Shown here: positions 11,858 through 23,104 of the stretch, one piece after another
How the letters are laid out: every line of letters begins with the position of its first letter
How positions within the stretch are numbered: position 1 is the stretch's first letter
Origin: Chiloscyllium plagiosum
Taxonomy: Eukaryota
Reading direction: 5' to 3'
Assembly (NCBI RefSeq): GCF_004010195.1
Contig: NC_057719.1
Location: 1,193,941-1,239,816, forward strand
DNA: 45,876 nt
Program-made: the position numbers and the translations under genes
Notes under the pieces: generated by a model
The model's input: only the letters and a program-made list of their open reading frames with translations
Told to the model about the DNA's origin: nothing
Database searches by the model: none

Positions 11858-11965
11858 TATTCAACCTGTTCAGGGATGTTATGACACACCTCTGGAGCTG
11901 GTGGGACTTGAACCTGGGCCTTCTGATCCAGGAGTAGGGACACTACCATTGTGTCACAAGAGGGC
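11858..11965 (-). mobile_element. Short tRNA-derived SINE-like element
   Basis: The minus strand has B box ggttcaagtcc followed by gctccagaggtgtgtcataacatccctgaacaggttga. It is an inverted homolog of 12095-12205. Confidence 0.55.
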
Positions 11966-12094
11966 CTGGGTCTTTTATATGCAGCAAATGGTAATTGGCA
12001 ATGTTAGAAATGACAGCTCCTTCTAAGAATAAAACTACTTGAGTTAACTGAAAGTGGGTGATGCTATTGGAGTTAAGAGTTGGAGTGTTTTAGG

Positions 12095-12205
12095 GCTCTG
12101 CTGATGCAGTGGTTTGTGTCCCTATTTCTCATCCATGAGGCCAGTGTTAAAGCCCCACCTGCTCCAGAGGTGTACCATGACATCTCTGAACAGGTTGATT
12201 AGGAA
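12095..12205 (+). mobile_element. Short tRNA-derived SINE-like element (diverged)
   Basis: Shares gctccagaggtgt..catgacatctctgaacaggttgattag with the previous element. Confidence 0.5.
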
Positions 12206-13174
12206 AATAAGGGCTGGGATTTTCCTGGTGCTTTTGGAGAGGGAGCTCAATGTGTTTGCAGCACTCATGAAACTTTTCAGGTCATTGAATACTGTAAGGG
12301 CTGGAGTGCATCTTCTTTGATTTAGTAAGTATTCCTCCATTATTTCAAACTAAAGTTATGGTGCCCATAATAGGGCTACTTTGTATGAGAATAGGATAGG
12401 GACTGGATTGAGAAGGGAAGAGTAGAAACTGGTGCATGTACAGGTCTATAGTTTAACAAAAAAACACTTGTAAATCATGGTCAGTCTGCAGCTGCCTAAT
12501 TCAGTATATGCATATTTGTATGTTCAACAATAAAGACCTGGAAGGTGTTGTCTATGAGGGCAGTGGAAGCAGAGACGCTGATTGATTCGTAAAAGGAATT
12601 AAATGGACAATTGAAAGCAATACATATGCAGGAGTAATGGGGATTGCGAGGGGCTGTTGAACTCCAAGATGCAATGCAGGATCTTACAGGAACTGACCGT
12701 TGCAATAAAGCAACACCACTTTAGCAGGCAAGGGCAAAGACACTGAGTGCATTCTTGATGGATATGGAGCAGAAGGCAAGGTGGGTGGAACACTGTCAGG
12801 TGGCCTTAAAGCAGCCCAGCCCCAGCTCCAAGTACAAATTCAGTGAGAGTAATGCATCTCAGCAACTGAAGGTCTAACTGGGAGACATTGACAGGTCCGA
12901 GGTCCAAAGAGTCAGCAAGAACTAAATGAACAACAAGGTGCCTGGGATCAGGGATGCTAGCAGAGCTGTTGAAGCAATGGCAGGAACACCGTCAGAACAG
13001 AGCACAAACAACATGGTCAGCAGGATACCAGCTTGAGAGTAACCATCATGTCATTATCAAGTTGCCAAGGAAGGGGACCTTCAGTGACTGCAATAATGAG
13101 GGAGTCACCACACTGTGGTCAGTCCCTGGCAGTGCTCCTTAACAGGTTAAAAACTGAAGTAAGCAGGGCCTTCC

Positions 13175-14445
13175 ATAAGATATAGGAGCGGTATTAGGCC
13201 ATTCAGCCCATCGACACTGCTCCACCATTCAGTCATGGCTGATACGTTTCTCATCCCCATTCTCCCATTTTCTCTCTGAAATCTTTGATCCTCTTACCAA
13301 TCAAAGACCTATTTCATAAATTACTGGAAAAGCTCAACTGTTCTTCTCTCTCTTTGGGCTCTATGTCCACTTATTGTTTACTCTTTACCCCCTTCCTCCA
13401 CCCTATCTTCTGCATATAAAACAACATTTTCCGTGCAGAGAAATCAGAGTTAACATTTTGGGTCCAGTGACCCTTCCTCAGAACTGGGTATGTTCGGAGG
13501 AACGGTCACTCGATCCGAAACATTAACTGATTTCTCTCCACAGATGCTGCCAGACCTGCTGAGCTTTTCCAGCAATTTCTGTTTTTGGTCCTTAACTACC
13601 TGTTGTTGTATGGAGGGATTTTCTTGCTGTATGGTTAATGGTTGTTTCACAGCTAATGAATGGGTTGGCCCGCACAGCCCTGTGTGATAATGAGTTCCAC
13701 AGGTTCACCACCCTCTGACTGAAGAAATTCCTCCTCACGACTGCTCTAAAGCATCATCCCTTCACTCTGAGGCTGTGCCATTAGGTCCCAGTCTCTCCTA
13801 CTAGTGGAAGCATCTTCTCCATGTCCACTCCATCCAGGCCTCTCAGTGTTCTAGAAGTTTCAATCAGATCCCCCTCACCTTTCTAAACTCCATTGAGTAC
13901 AGACTCACAGTCTTCAACTGCTCTTCATAGGACAATCCTTTCGTCCCCAGGAGTATTCTTGTAAATCTCCTCTGGACTCCCTCCAAGGCCAGCACATCCT
14001 TCCTTAGATATGAGGCCCATAACTGCTCAGAATATTCAAAACGTGGTCTGACCAGAGCCTTATACAGCCTCAGCAGTACATCTCTGCTCTTGAAATGAAT
14101 GCTAACATTGCATTTACCTTCCAAACTGCCGACCGAACCTGCATGTTAACCTTAAGAGAATCCTGAACAAGGACTCCCAAGTCCCTTTGTGCTTCAGATT
14201 TCCAAAGCCTATCCCCATTTCAAAACAACCTCTATTCTTCCTCCCAACGAGGACAACCTCACATTTTCTCACATTGAACTCCATCTGCCATTTCTTTGCC
14301 CAGTCTCCTAGCCTGTCCAAGTCCTTCTGCTGACTCCCCACTTCCTCAGTACTACCTGTCACTCCACGTATCTTTGTGGCATCTGAAAATATAGCAACAA
14401 TGACCTCAGTTTGTTTGTCCAGATCATGAATGTGTAACATGAATC
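13175..14445 (-). mobile_element. CR1 LINE 3' part, interrupted at about 13320-13670
   Basis: FSDATKI..DLDRLGDWAKKWQMEFNVRKC and LYKALVRPRFEYSEQLW..LEGVQRRFTR. Confidence 0.88.
13449..13527. ncRNA. Back-to-back pair of degenerate HHR motifs (family B)
   Basis: Minus 13449-13484: GUU-CUGAGGA-A-GGGUC-acug-GACCC-aAAAUGUU-AAC. Plus 13492-13527: GUU-CgGAGGA...GAAACAUU-AAC. Confidence 0.5.
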
Positions 14446-14964
14446 GCAAAGGACGAGCAGATTTACAGACTGGCAGATGATACCGTTATGATAGAGTACA
14501 GAGTCTGGTCTCAGGAACTACTTGTTGTCAATGTCTCTGATTTCAAGAAGGTTTTCCATATCATCCATTGACAGTCACTCTGTGACGATATAACATTGGT
14601 TAGAGTCTGGTGTTGGGAGGTGTATATTAAAATCTTCAAAGGTCTTTTACTGCAATTCCAGTTGCTGCATCCAGGCCAGTGTGCACCCCAGACCCCACCA
14701 GGCTGCACACTCTCCCCATTCCTTCCCTCTCACTCAGTAGCTACATTGTGGGGAAGGTAGCAGCTGTATCCTACAGTCAACACTGGTGGCTGACGGGTCT
14801 GAGTTAGATAAACGGCTATACCTGCTCCTTGATGGCTGAGAAATCACATGCACTCCACCACACTCTCCGGTCCTCGGAGTGGTGATACCAACCCATTCAT
14901 TGGCTGTGAGACAACCATTAACCGGACAGCAACAAAATCCCTCCATTCAACAACAAGTAGTTAA

Positions 14965-15260
14965 GGACCAAAAACAAATTTCTGGAAAAGCTCAGCAGGT
15001 CTGGCAGCATCTGTGGAGAGAAATCAGAATTAACGTTTTAGATCAAGTGACTCTTCCTCAGAACTGATGGTAGCGAGGAAAATGTTGCTTTATATGGAGA
15101 AGATAGGGTGGAGGAAGGGGGTAAAGAGTAAACAATAAGTGGACATAGAGCCCAAAGAGAGAGAAGAACAGTTGGACAGACAAAGGAGTGGATAATGATC
15201 CAGTTAGGAGGGTGAATAGCTGTTAATGGGGACTGTTAGTGTTGGTGGAGAGAATGAATG
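14965..15260 (-). mobile_element. Penelope-like pLTR (family B) with a degenerate HHR at 15029-15064
   Basis: Terminus cagatgctgccagacctgctgagc shared with 13540, 19900 and 31945. Confidence 0.65.
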
Positions 15261-16209
15261 TTTAAGGTGTAATACCTTAAAGATATGGTGCCAGTGAAAC
15301 GGGCNNNNNNNNNNNNNNNNNNNNNNNNNNNNNNNNNNNNNNNNNNNNNNNNNNNNNNNNNNNNNNNNNNNNNNNNNNNNNNNNNNNNNNNNNNNNNNNN
15401 NNNNNNNNNNNNNNNNNNNNNNNNNNNNNNNNNNNNNNNNNNNNNNNNNNNNNNNNNNNNNNNNNNNNNNNNNNNNNNNNNNNNNNNNNNNNNNNNNNNN
15501 NNNNNNNNNNNNNNNNNNNNNNNNNNNNNNNNNNNNNNNNNNNNNNNNNNNNNNNNNNNNNNNNNNNNNNNNNNNNNNNNNNNNNNNNNNNNNNNNNNNN
15601 NNNNNNNNNNNNNNNNNNNNNNNNNNNNNNNNNNNNNNNNNNNNNNNNNNNNNNNNNNNNNNNNNNNNNNNNNNNNNNNNNNNNNNNNNNNNNNNNNNNN
15701 NNNNNNNNNNNNNNNNNNNNNNNNNNNNNNNNNNNNNNNNNNNNNNNNNNNNNNNNNNNNNNNNNNNNNNNNNNNNNNNNNNNNNNNNNNNNNNNNNNNN
15801 NNNNCTCATTTGCTCATTTTGCTGTTGATTGTGTCTTTATAATGATGAAAGGCTTACCCTCATATTGCACTTTTCACAACCGCTCAGGATTGTTGTAGAG
15901 AAAAAAAATCTTCAGCCCATTGTATCTGAGCTGATCAAAAACAACTACGTAACGATTCTGATCCCATTTCCCAGGACTTGGCCCCAGCCCTGGATGCCTT
16001 GATATCACAAATGCACGTTGAAATCCTTCTTCAATGTTGTGGGGATTCCTGCCTCTCCCACTCTCAAAGGCAGCGAGTTCTAGATTCTCCACCACCCTCT
16101 GGCTGACACAGCTTTTCACCACCTCTCCTATAACTTCCTGGCCCTTGCCTTAAATCTATCTACCTTGGTCACTGATCCCTCCATCAAGGGGGAAGGTTCC
16201 TTGCTGTCA

Positions 16210-16372
16210 TTTAATCCCTACAGTGTGGAAACAGGCCATTCGGCCCAACAGGTCCACACCAACACTCCGAAGACCATCCCATCCAGACCTACCTTATCCC
16301 TGTAACCCTGCATGTCCCGTGGCTAACCCACCTAGCCTGAACATCCCTGGACACTCTGGGGCAATTTACCAT
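16210..16372 (-). mobile_element. HE1-type SINE 3' fragment
   Basis: ccctacagtgtggaaacaggcc...ggcaattta matches the other HE1 copies. Confidence 0.75.
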
Positions 16373-16376
16373 GGTG

Positions 16377-16506
16377 GGAGAAAGTGAGGCCTGCAGATGC
16401 TGGAGATCAGAGCCCAGAGTGTGGTGCTGGAAAAGCACAGCAGGTCAGACAGCATCTGAGGGGTAGGAGAGTCGACGTTTCGGCCAGAAGTCCTTCATCA
16501 GGAATG
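16377..16506 (-). mobile_element. Penelope-like pLTR end (family A) with an HHR at 16471-16505
   Basis: Reverse complement reads uuc-CUGAUGA-A-GGAC-uucu-GGCC-GAA-ACGU-C|GAC, followed by the family A terminus. Confidence 0.75.
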
Positions 16507-16761
16507 TCCTCATTTTCTTCTGTTACCTCAGCATGCCGTGTACCTTTACAGATAAATGGTGCTTTTTTAAAGCGTGTGAAGATTTCTTGCGAGAGGCCGG
16601 TATTTCTTTCTCAGATTGCTCTTTGCTCTCACCCCTTCAGGTGGCAGTTAGCTCTCCCTGTCTGTCCAATTGCCCCTCTGTTATATACCTCACCCCCATG
16701 ACACATCAAACACTCCCGTTGAGCTATGGCGGGGTCTTACTCATTACTTCCTGTACTTTAG

Positions 16762-17079
16762 GAGTTGGATGAAGGTTTGCTTCTGAGGAAGACCATTGAG
16801 CAGGAGAACAGTATGCTCCGAGAGAGGCTGGCAGAGTGCCAGCGAGCTCTGGGCACTGCGTGCCATGCACAGGCCCTCAATGCCAAACAGGTGAGTGAGC
16901 TGGATGACCGTTTGCACAGCAGCAGCTACCGAACCAGAGCTGCCAACCTGCTGCACCAGACTTTCCTCGACCAGCTGGCTGCGTTGCTAAGCGATGGATT
17001 TACCAGCGTTCCCGCCACGGAGGAAGCCATCAAGGACAAAGTGAAGGAAATTCGTGGGAATGACTGGAGCCACGTAGCT
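16762..17079 (+). CDS. CCDC170-like: Internal coding exon (318 nt, phase 0/0) of a CCDC170-like coiled-coil protein
   Basis: Acceptor ctgtactttag|GAG and donor GCT|gtgagt. The frame is open: ELDEGLLLRKTIEQENSMLRERL...FLDQLAALLSDGFTSVPATEEAIKDKVKEI, resembling the CCDC170 segment 'F..KLAALL...EEAILEKIREM' as I recall it. It is non-repetitive sequence in a repeat-rich background. Confidence 0.8.
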
Positions 17080-17249
17080 GTGAGTACCAAGGGATTGATG
17101 TAACATTTTCCCAGGATCCGCACTGGGAGAGCGGAGGGGTAGCAGCAGTACAGGCCATTCATTTCAAAGAGAATGGAACATATAACCACAGCAGTGGGAG
17201 GGTGGGGGAGTGGGATGGGGGTGGTTTATAATAGTTTACACATGGCTCC

Positions 17250-17527
17250 GGTCAGACCACAGCTGTGGAACATTTTGGGTTCCTTATTGACAGAAAGGTG
17301 GACTGGCTGTAGAGGCAGTCCAGAAAAGGTTCATTCGGCCAGTCCCAGATAGAGTCACGGAGCTGTACACACTCTTCAGTCCAACTTGTCCATGCTGACC
17401 AAACATCCTTGTAAATCTTTTCTGAATCCTTTCACGTTTCACAACATCTTTCCGATAGGAAGGAGACCAGAATTGCACACAATATTCCAACAGTGGCCTA
17501 ACCAATGTCCTGTACAGACACAACATG
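17250..17527 (-). mobile_element. CR1 LINE fragments
   Basis: LYRTLVRPLLEYCVQFWSPSYRKDVVKRERIQKRFTRM. Confidence 0.85.
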
Positions 17528-18334
17528 NNNNNNNNNNNNNNNNNNNNNNNNNNNNNNNNNNNNNNNNNNNNNNNNNNNNNNNNNNNNNNNNNNNNNNNNN
17601 NNNNNNNNNNNNNNNNNNNNNNNNNNNNNNNNNNNNNNNNNNNNNNNNNNNNNNNNNNNNNNNNNNNNNNNNNNNNNNNNNNNNNNNNNNNNNNNNNNNN
17701 NNNNNNNNNNNNNNNNNNNNNNNNNNNNNNNNNNNNNNNNNNNNNNNNNNNNNNNNNNNNNNNNNNNNNNNNNNNNNNNNNNNNNNNNNNNNNNNNNNNN
17801 NNNNNNNNNNNNNNNNNNNNNNNNNNNNNNNNNNNNNNNNNNNNNNNNNNNNNNNNNNNNNNNNNNNNNNNNNNNNNNNNNNNNNNNNNNNNNNNNNNNN
17901 NNNNNNNNNNNNNNNNNNNNNNNNNNNNNNNNNNNNNNNNNNNNNNNNNNNNNNNNNNNNNNNNNNNNNNNNNNNNNNNNNNNNNNNNNNNNNNNNNNNN
18001 NNNNNNNNNNNNNNNNNNNNNNNNNNNNNNNNNNNNNNNNNNNNNNNNNNNNNNNNNNNNNNNNNNNNNNNNNNNNNNNNNNNNNNNNNNNNNNNNNNNN
18101 NNNNNNNNNNNNNNNNNNNNNNNNNNNNNNNNNNNNNNNNNNNNNNNNNNNNNNNNNNNNNNNNNNNNNNNNNNNNNNNNNNNNNNNNNNNNNNNNNNNN
18201 NNNNNNNNNNNNNNNNNNNNNNNNNNNNNNNNNNNNNNNNNNNNNNNNNNNNNNNNNNNNNNNNNNNNNNNNNNNNNNNNNNNNNNNNNNNNNNNNNNNN
18301 NNNNNNNNNNNNNNNNNNNNNNNNNNNNNNNNNN

Positions 18335-18468
18335 GTTCGGGTTGGTTTATATACAGAATAACAGATACCCCGGGAGGGAGTTACAGACTGGAATCTAATC
18401 GAGGGGTTCGGGGTGGTTTATATACAGAATAACAGACACCCGGGAGGGAGTTACAGACTGGAATCTAA
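18335..18468. repeat. ~71-bp satellite at the edge of a gap
   Basis: Two copies of ggtttatatacagaataacaga.acccgggagggagttacagactggaatctaa. The array probably continues into the gap. Confidence 0.8.
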
Positions 18469-18574
18469 CTGCTGATTTGGGGATTTTTCTTTAGCTGCTG
18501 TTTTTATCCTGTTTTCCCATCACAGCCGATTTATCTTTTCCTCTAGTTTTCCAGCATTGAGAAGCGGAATTGTT

Positions 18575-18806
18575 CTTTTTCACAATGAACTGGCTCTGTG
18601 GTGTTGTCCTGCCCTGTCTCTGTATTCCCCCTTGTCCTGTAGAATCCTGTGAGATACTTGTGTCCCGCTGGGGCTGTCCCTTTGTGCCATCTTTTTCACA
18701 ATGAACTGGCTCTGTGGTGTTGTCCTGCCCTGTCTCTGTATCCCCCTTGTCCTGTAGAATCCTGTGAGATACTTGTGTCCCGCTGGGGCTGTCCCTTTGT
18801 GCCATT
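18575..18806. repeat. 116-bp tandem duplication, near-identical
   Basis: cacaatgaactggctctgtgg... occurs at 18581 and 18697. Confidence 0.92.
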
Positions 18807-19083
18807 GCCCTGTGAACGTGTCCATCACTGGTCTCTGTGTGAGCCCCCTGCACACTCACCTCCAAGGGTCCCTCTATAAAGCTCTCTCCCTGGATTTCCC
18901 CACTTTTGACAAGTTGGACAATCTCTGACCTTGACCAAGCCACTGGTCAGCAGTCGGACTATCCAACTGACACAACTCGGTGTCAACTTTAATCCGAGAG
19001 AGGGCTCCTGCCAGCTCCCTTGTGATGTTTTTATTATGTTAAGGGTGCTATCCAAATGCAAGTTGTGTTTTTTTTGTTGAAAG

Positions 19084-19284
19084 AAAGTGAAGGAAATGGA
19101 GGAGCGGGTGATGAATGTGACCAAACAGCTGGAACATCTGAATGACATCTACCACCAGGTCCTGGGCCGTGCTGAAAGGGCGGAGGAGACATTAACCCAA
19201 AGGGAGGAAATGCTCAGGCACCTGGAAGGACAGCTCGCTGCTGAGGGCTTACTGAAGGATGCTCGACAGTTTGAACGACAGAAG
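19084..19284 (+). CDS. CCDC170-like: Next internal coding exon (201 nt, phase 0/0) of the CCDC170-like gene
   Basis: Acceptor ttttttgttgaaag|AAA and donor AAG|gtaagg. KVKEMEERVMNVTKQLEHLNDIYHQVLGRAERAEETL...LEGQLAAEGLLKDARQFERQK aligns by eye with recalled CCDC170 'FHQKALQRAQKAE...HLEAELVSGGVLRDNLNFEKQK'. It is in frame with the previous exon. Confidence 0.82.
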
Positions 19285-19309
19285 GTAAGGCTGTATTAAA
19301 ATAAATTCA

Positions 19310-19935
19310 AGAACTGCAGCTGCTGGACATCTGTAAGAGCTCAGCAAGTCTGGCAGCAACTGTGAAGAGAGAAACAGAGTGAACATTTTGTGTTCAGTGA
19401 CCCTTCTTTAGAACCGATAGCAGATAGAAGGGGTGAGGTATTGGGGGCCGCGGGGTGGTGGTGACTGGATAGCTGAAGCTGGGGCCCAGAGCAAGAGTAA
19501 GTTCTTGAGACAAGGGGATGGCCAGTTGTAAACCAGGGAAGGAGCAAAGCCAGGAATGGGGGCGATGAATGGGTGAGAATGTGTCAGGTATGCAACCAGT
19601 GGGGGACCTGGGGTAAAGGACATGCAGAGGCTCTCAGATTATTGAACTCGATGTTGAGTCCTGAAGGATTTCCAAGCAGAAATGCAGTGCTGTTCTTCCA
19701 CCTTGCACTGAGCTTTGCTGGAGCACTGCAGCAAGCCTGAGACAGAGATGTTGGCCAGGGAACAGGGTGGGGTGTTAAAGTGACAGGCAACTGGAAGCTC
19801 AGGGTCATTTTTTTCATTTCCCCACCCCTTGTCTTCAGCCTTTTCCCAGCTACAAACACTCCTGAAGAAGGGTCACTGGACCTGAAACCACAGATGGGGC
19901 CAGACCTGCTGAGTTTCTCCAGTCATTTCTCGGTT
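19310..19935. mobile_element. Penelope-like remnant (family B) with inverted HHR-bearing ends
   Basis: Degenerate minus HHR at 19379-19414 and truncated plus HHR at 19862-19889. The internal minus strand reads LLGNPSGLNIEFNNL, like the GIY-YIG C-terminus. Confidence 0.7.
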
Positions 19936-20084
19936 CTGAACCTTGCACCTCAGGTATTGGCCTTGGAGGAGCATCAGTTCATTACAATGTCATCAGCACT
20001 ACAGTCAGGTTAAAGTGCAATTGAACTGAAATAAGCTAAAAACCACACAACACCAGGTTATAGTCCAACAGGTTTATTTGGAAG

Positions 20085-20119
20085 CACTAGCTTTCGGAGC
20101 GACGCTCCTTCATCAGGTG
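20085..20119 (-). ncRNA. Minimal hammerhead motif (family D), best-preserved copy
   Basis: Reverse complement reads CAC-CUGAUGA-A-GGAGC-guc-GCUCC-GAA-AGCU-A|GUG, with all stems pairing. Confidence 0.82.
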
Positions 20120-20487
20120 GTTATGGAGTATACGATTGTAAGACACAGAATTTATAGCAAATGTTTACAGTGCGATGTAACTGAAATTATATATTGAAAA
20201 AGACCCGGATTGTTTGTCAAGTCTCTCATCTTTTAGAATGACCATGTTGGTTTAAGTTCTTCCAAATGTAAATCCCAGAACTTTTTAAAAGTTACATTCT
20301 CAAGTGAACGTTAACAATTGGGGTCATGTCGGCCCAGATAATGTATTGAAGGTGTGAGCTGCCCTGTGTGAGGCTGTCTGTGCCCCAATAGTCAGAGTGA
20401 TCCTAATCTAAAAAATGGATTTACAGAAGCTTACATGGATTCATGCAGTTTTTGGGCAAAGTAAAATGTTATTCTGCAAATAGAAAT

Positions 20488-20519
<32 letters not shown>

Positions 20520-22389
20520 AAGGGGTACAATTTTGTGAGAGGGTGCATGTGTGAGTGTAGGAGTGTATGTGTGAGAGAAGGTCTGCATGAGTGTGTGTGT
20601 CTGTAGGAGAGTGCACATGTATGTGCATGTGTGTGTGTATAGTACAATGGGGTCACCTGTAATGTGACATGGACCCAGGGTCCCGGTTGAGGCCATCCCC
20701 ATGGGTACCGAACTTGGCTATCAGCCTCTGCTTGGCAACTTTGCATTGTTGCCTGTCCCGAAGTCCACCTTGGAGGACAGTCACCCGAAGGTCCGATGTC
20801 GAATGTCCTGGACCGCTGAAGTGTTCTCTGACTGGGAGGGAACACTCCTGTCTGTGGATTGCTCTGTGGTGTCCATTCATCTGTTGCCGTAGCCTCTGCT
20901 CGGGTCTCCCCAATGTACCATGCCCCAGGGCATCCTTGCCTGCAGCGAATGAGACAAACAATATTGGCTGAGTCACATGAGTTCAACTCATCAACCGCCA
21001 GTTCTGATGTGCCACAGGGAGGAACCGTAATGACCTCCTCAGGAGACAGACACGGGCTGCAACCGACAGGGTACCCTTCATTGTCCTGTATTTCCCAGGA
21101 GCTGAGAAACGACGCCATGTTCTTCGTGGCCTGCAATACATTATCAATGAGGGTGAGCACCTCATCAAGACCTTCCCTACACCTCCACTGCTCGCTTTTA
21201 AACAACCACCGAACCTCAAACAGATCATTGTTCACAGCAAACTGCCCGACCTTCAGGACAATACCATACAACCCTGTAACGGTAGATGGTGCAAGACGTG
21301 TCAGAATGTCGACAGGGATACCACCATTACACTTGGGGACACCTCCCACCATGTCTGGCAGGTACTCATGTGACTTGGCCAATGTTGTCTATCTCATACG
21401 CTGCAGGCAAGGATGCCCTGGGGCATGGGGGAGACCGAGCAGAGGCTACAGCAATGAATAAATGGGCACCGCACAACAATCACCAGGCAGGGGTGTTCCC
21501 TCCCAGTCGGAGAACACTTCAGCGGTCTGCGACATTCGACCTTGGACCTTCGGGTGACCGTCCTCCAAGGCAGACTTCAGGACAGGCAACAACGCAAAGT
21601 GGTCAATAGGCTGACAGCCAAGTTCGGTACCCATGGGGATGGCCTCAACCGGGACCTTGGGTTCATGTCATGCTACAGGTGACCCCATTGCACTACATAC
21701 ACACACACTCCTACACACACGTACACACACACACTCCTGCGCACACACACACACTCTCTCTCCTACAGACACACACACTCCTACAGACCCATACACTCAC
21801 GCAGACCCTCTGTCAAGCACAAGCTCTCTCTCATACGCTCACACATACACTCCCAAACTCAGACAAGCATACATAGAACCTCTCACAGACTTACACCCCT
21901 TTACACTCACACTCACTCACACACATACATGCACCCTCTCACTCATAACCCCCACCCCCACCCCCACACACTCACATGCACTCATATACATATACGTTTG
22001 TGGGGTGAATCTGTACTTGCAGAGTTACATTTTATTTTGCTCAAAAACTGCGTGAATTCATGTAAGAATCTGTAAATCCCTTTTTTAGATTAGAATCAGT
22101 CTGAACGTTGGGGCACAGACAGCCTCACACAGGGCACCTCACACCTTCAATGCATTATCTGGGCCAGTGTGGCCCCTATTGTTAAAGTTCACTTGAAAAT
22201 GTGAAAATGTGAATGTAACTCTTAAAAAGTTCTGGGATTTACATATGAAAGAACTGAAACCAACATGGTCATTCTAAAAGATCAGAGACTTAACAAACAA
22301 TCCAGGTCTTTTTCAATATATAATTTCAGTTACATCACACTGTAAACTTTGCTATAAATTCTGTATCTTACAATCATATACTCCATAAC

Positions 22390-22424
22390 CACCCGATGAA
22401 GGAGCAGTGCTCCGAAAGCTAGTG
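22390..22424 (+). ncRNA. Hammerhead motif (family D) with a core mutation, CCGAUGA
   Basis: CAC-CcGAUGA-A-GGAGC-agu-GCUCC-GAA-AGCU-A|GUG. Confidence 0.6.
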
Positions 22425-22639
22425 CTTCCAAATAAACCTGTTGGACTATAACCTGGTGTGGTGTGATTTTTAACTTTGTCCACCCCAGTCCAACACCGGC
22501 ATCTCCAAATCATGAACTGAAATATTTTCAAATTGGTCAGGGGTTTGATACAATAGAGATGGGGAAATCCATTTCCTCCGCTGGGGGAGTCTTTAATTTT
22601 TTTCCTGGCTTGGGGCATTGTTAGCAGTATATGGTAACA

Positions 22640-22920
22640 TAGGATGGCTAGGTGGTTAGCACTGCTGCCTCATGGTGCCAGGGACCCGGGTTCGATTCCA
22701 CCCTTGGGTGACTGTCTGTGTGGAGTTTGCACATTCTCCCCGTGTCTGCGTGGGTTTCCTCCGGGTGCTCCGGTTTCCTCCCACAATCCAAAGATGTGCA
22801 GGTCAGGGTGGATTGGTCATGGGAAATACAGGGTCACTGGGATAGGATGTGTCTGGTTGGGATTCCCGACAGAGGATCAGTATGGGCTGAATGGCCTGCT
22901 CCACACTGTAGGGATTCTAT
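22640..22920 (+). mobile_element. HE1-type SINE
   Basis: tRNA-like head, B box ggttcgattcc and the HE1 core. Confidence 0.85.
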
Positions 22921-23104
22921 AAACAAGGCCAGAATTTATTGCCATCACTACTTGCACTGGAGAAGGTGCTGAGGGACCACCTTTTTGTACTGTTTTGACA
23001 ACCGAAAGATTTGCTCAGTAATCTCGATGAGTCTTTTAGCAGCAACCACATTGCTGTGGCTCAGATTCATGTGGACATCTGTTTCTCCTCCTAAATTATA
23101 TCTT

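Larger units (their letters stand above)
12950..14590 (+). mobile_element. Old RTE-clade LINE RT fragments (about 12950-13170 and 14445-14590) split by a CR1 insertion
   Basis: IIKLPRKGTFSDCNN..TLWSVPG resembles the RTE motif IVKLPKKGDLSDCNNWRGITLLSVPGK. NVSDFKKVFHIIH resembles FIDFKKAFDS. Confidence 0.6.
20034..22512. mobile_element. Penelope-like element (family D) with inverted arms: minus 20034 to ~20980, plus ~20981 to 22512
   Basis: 12-bp TSD tgaactgaaata at 20022-20033 and 22513-22524. The GIY-YIG region and pLTR are present in both orientations. Confidence 0.92.

Noticed and set aside
18491..18943. 150-aa minus-strand ORF with internal repeats
   Set aside because: It overlies the 116-bp duplication, has no recognisable domain and is intronic antisense.
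20441..21382. 313-aa minus-strand ORF
   Set aside because: It is a chimera reading across the PLE inversion junction into microsatellite sequence.
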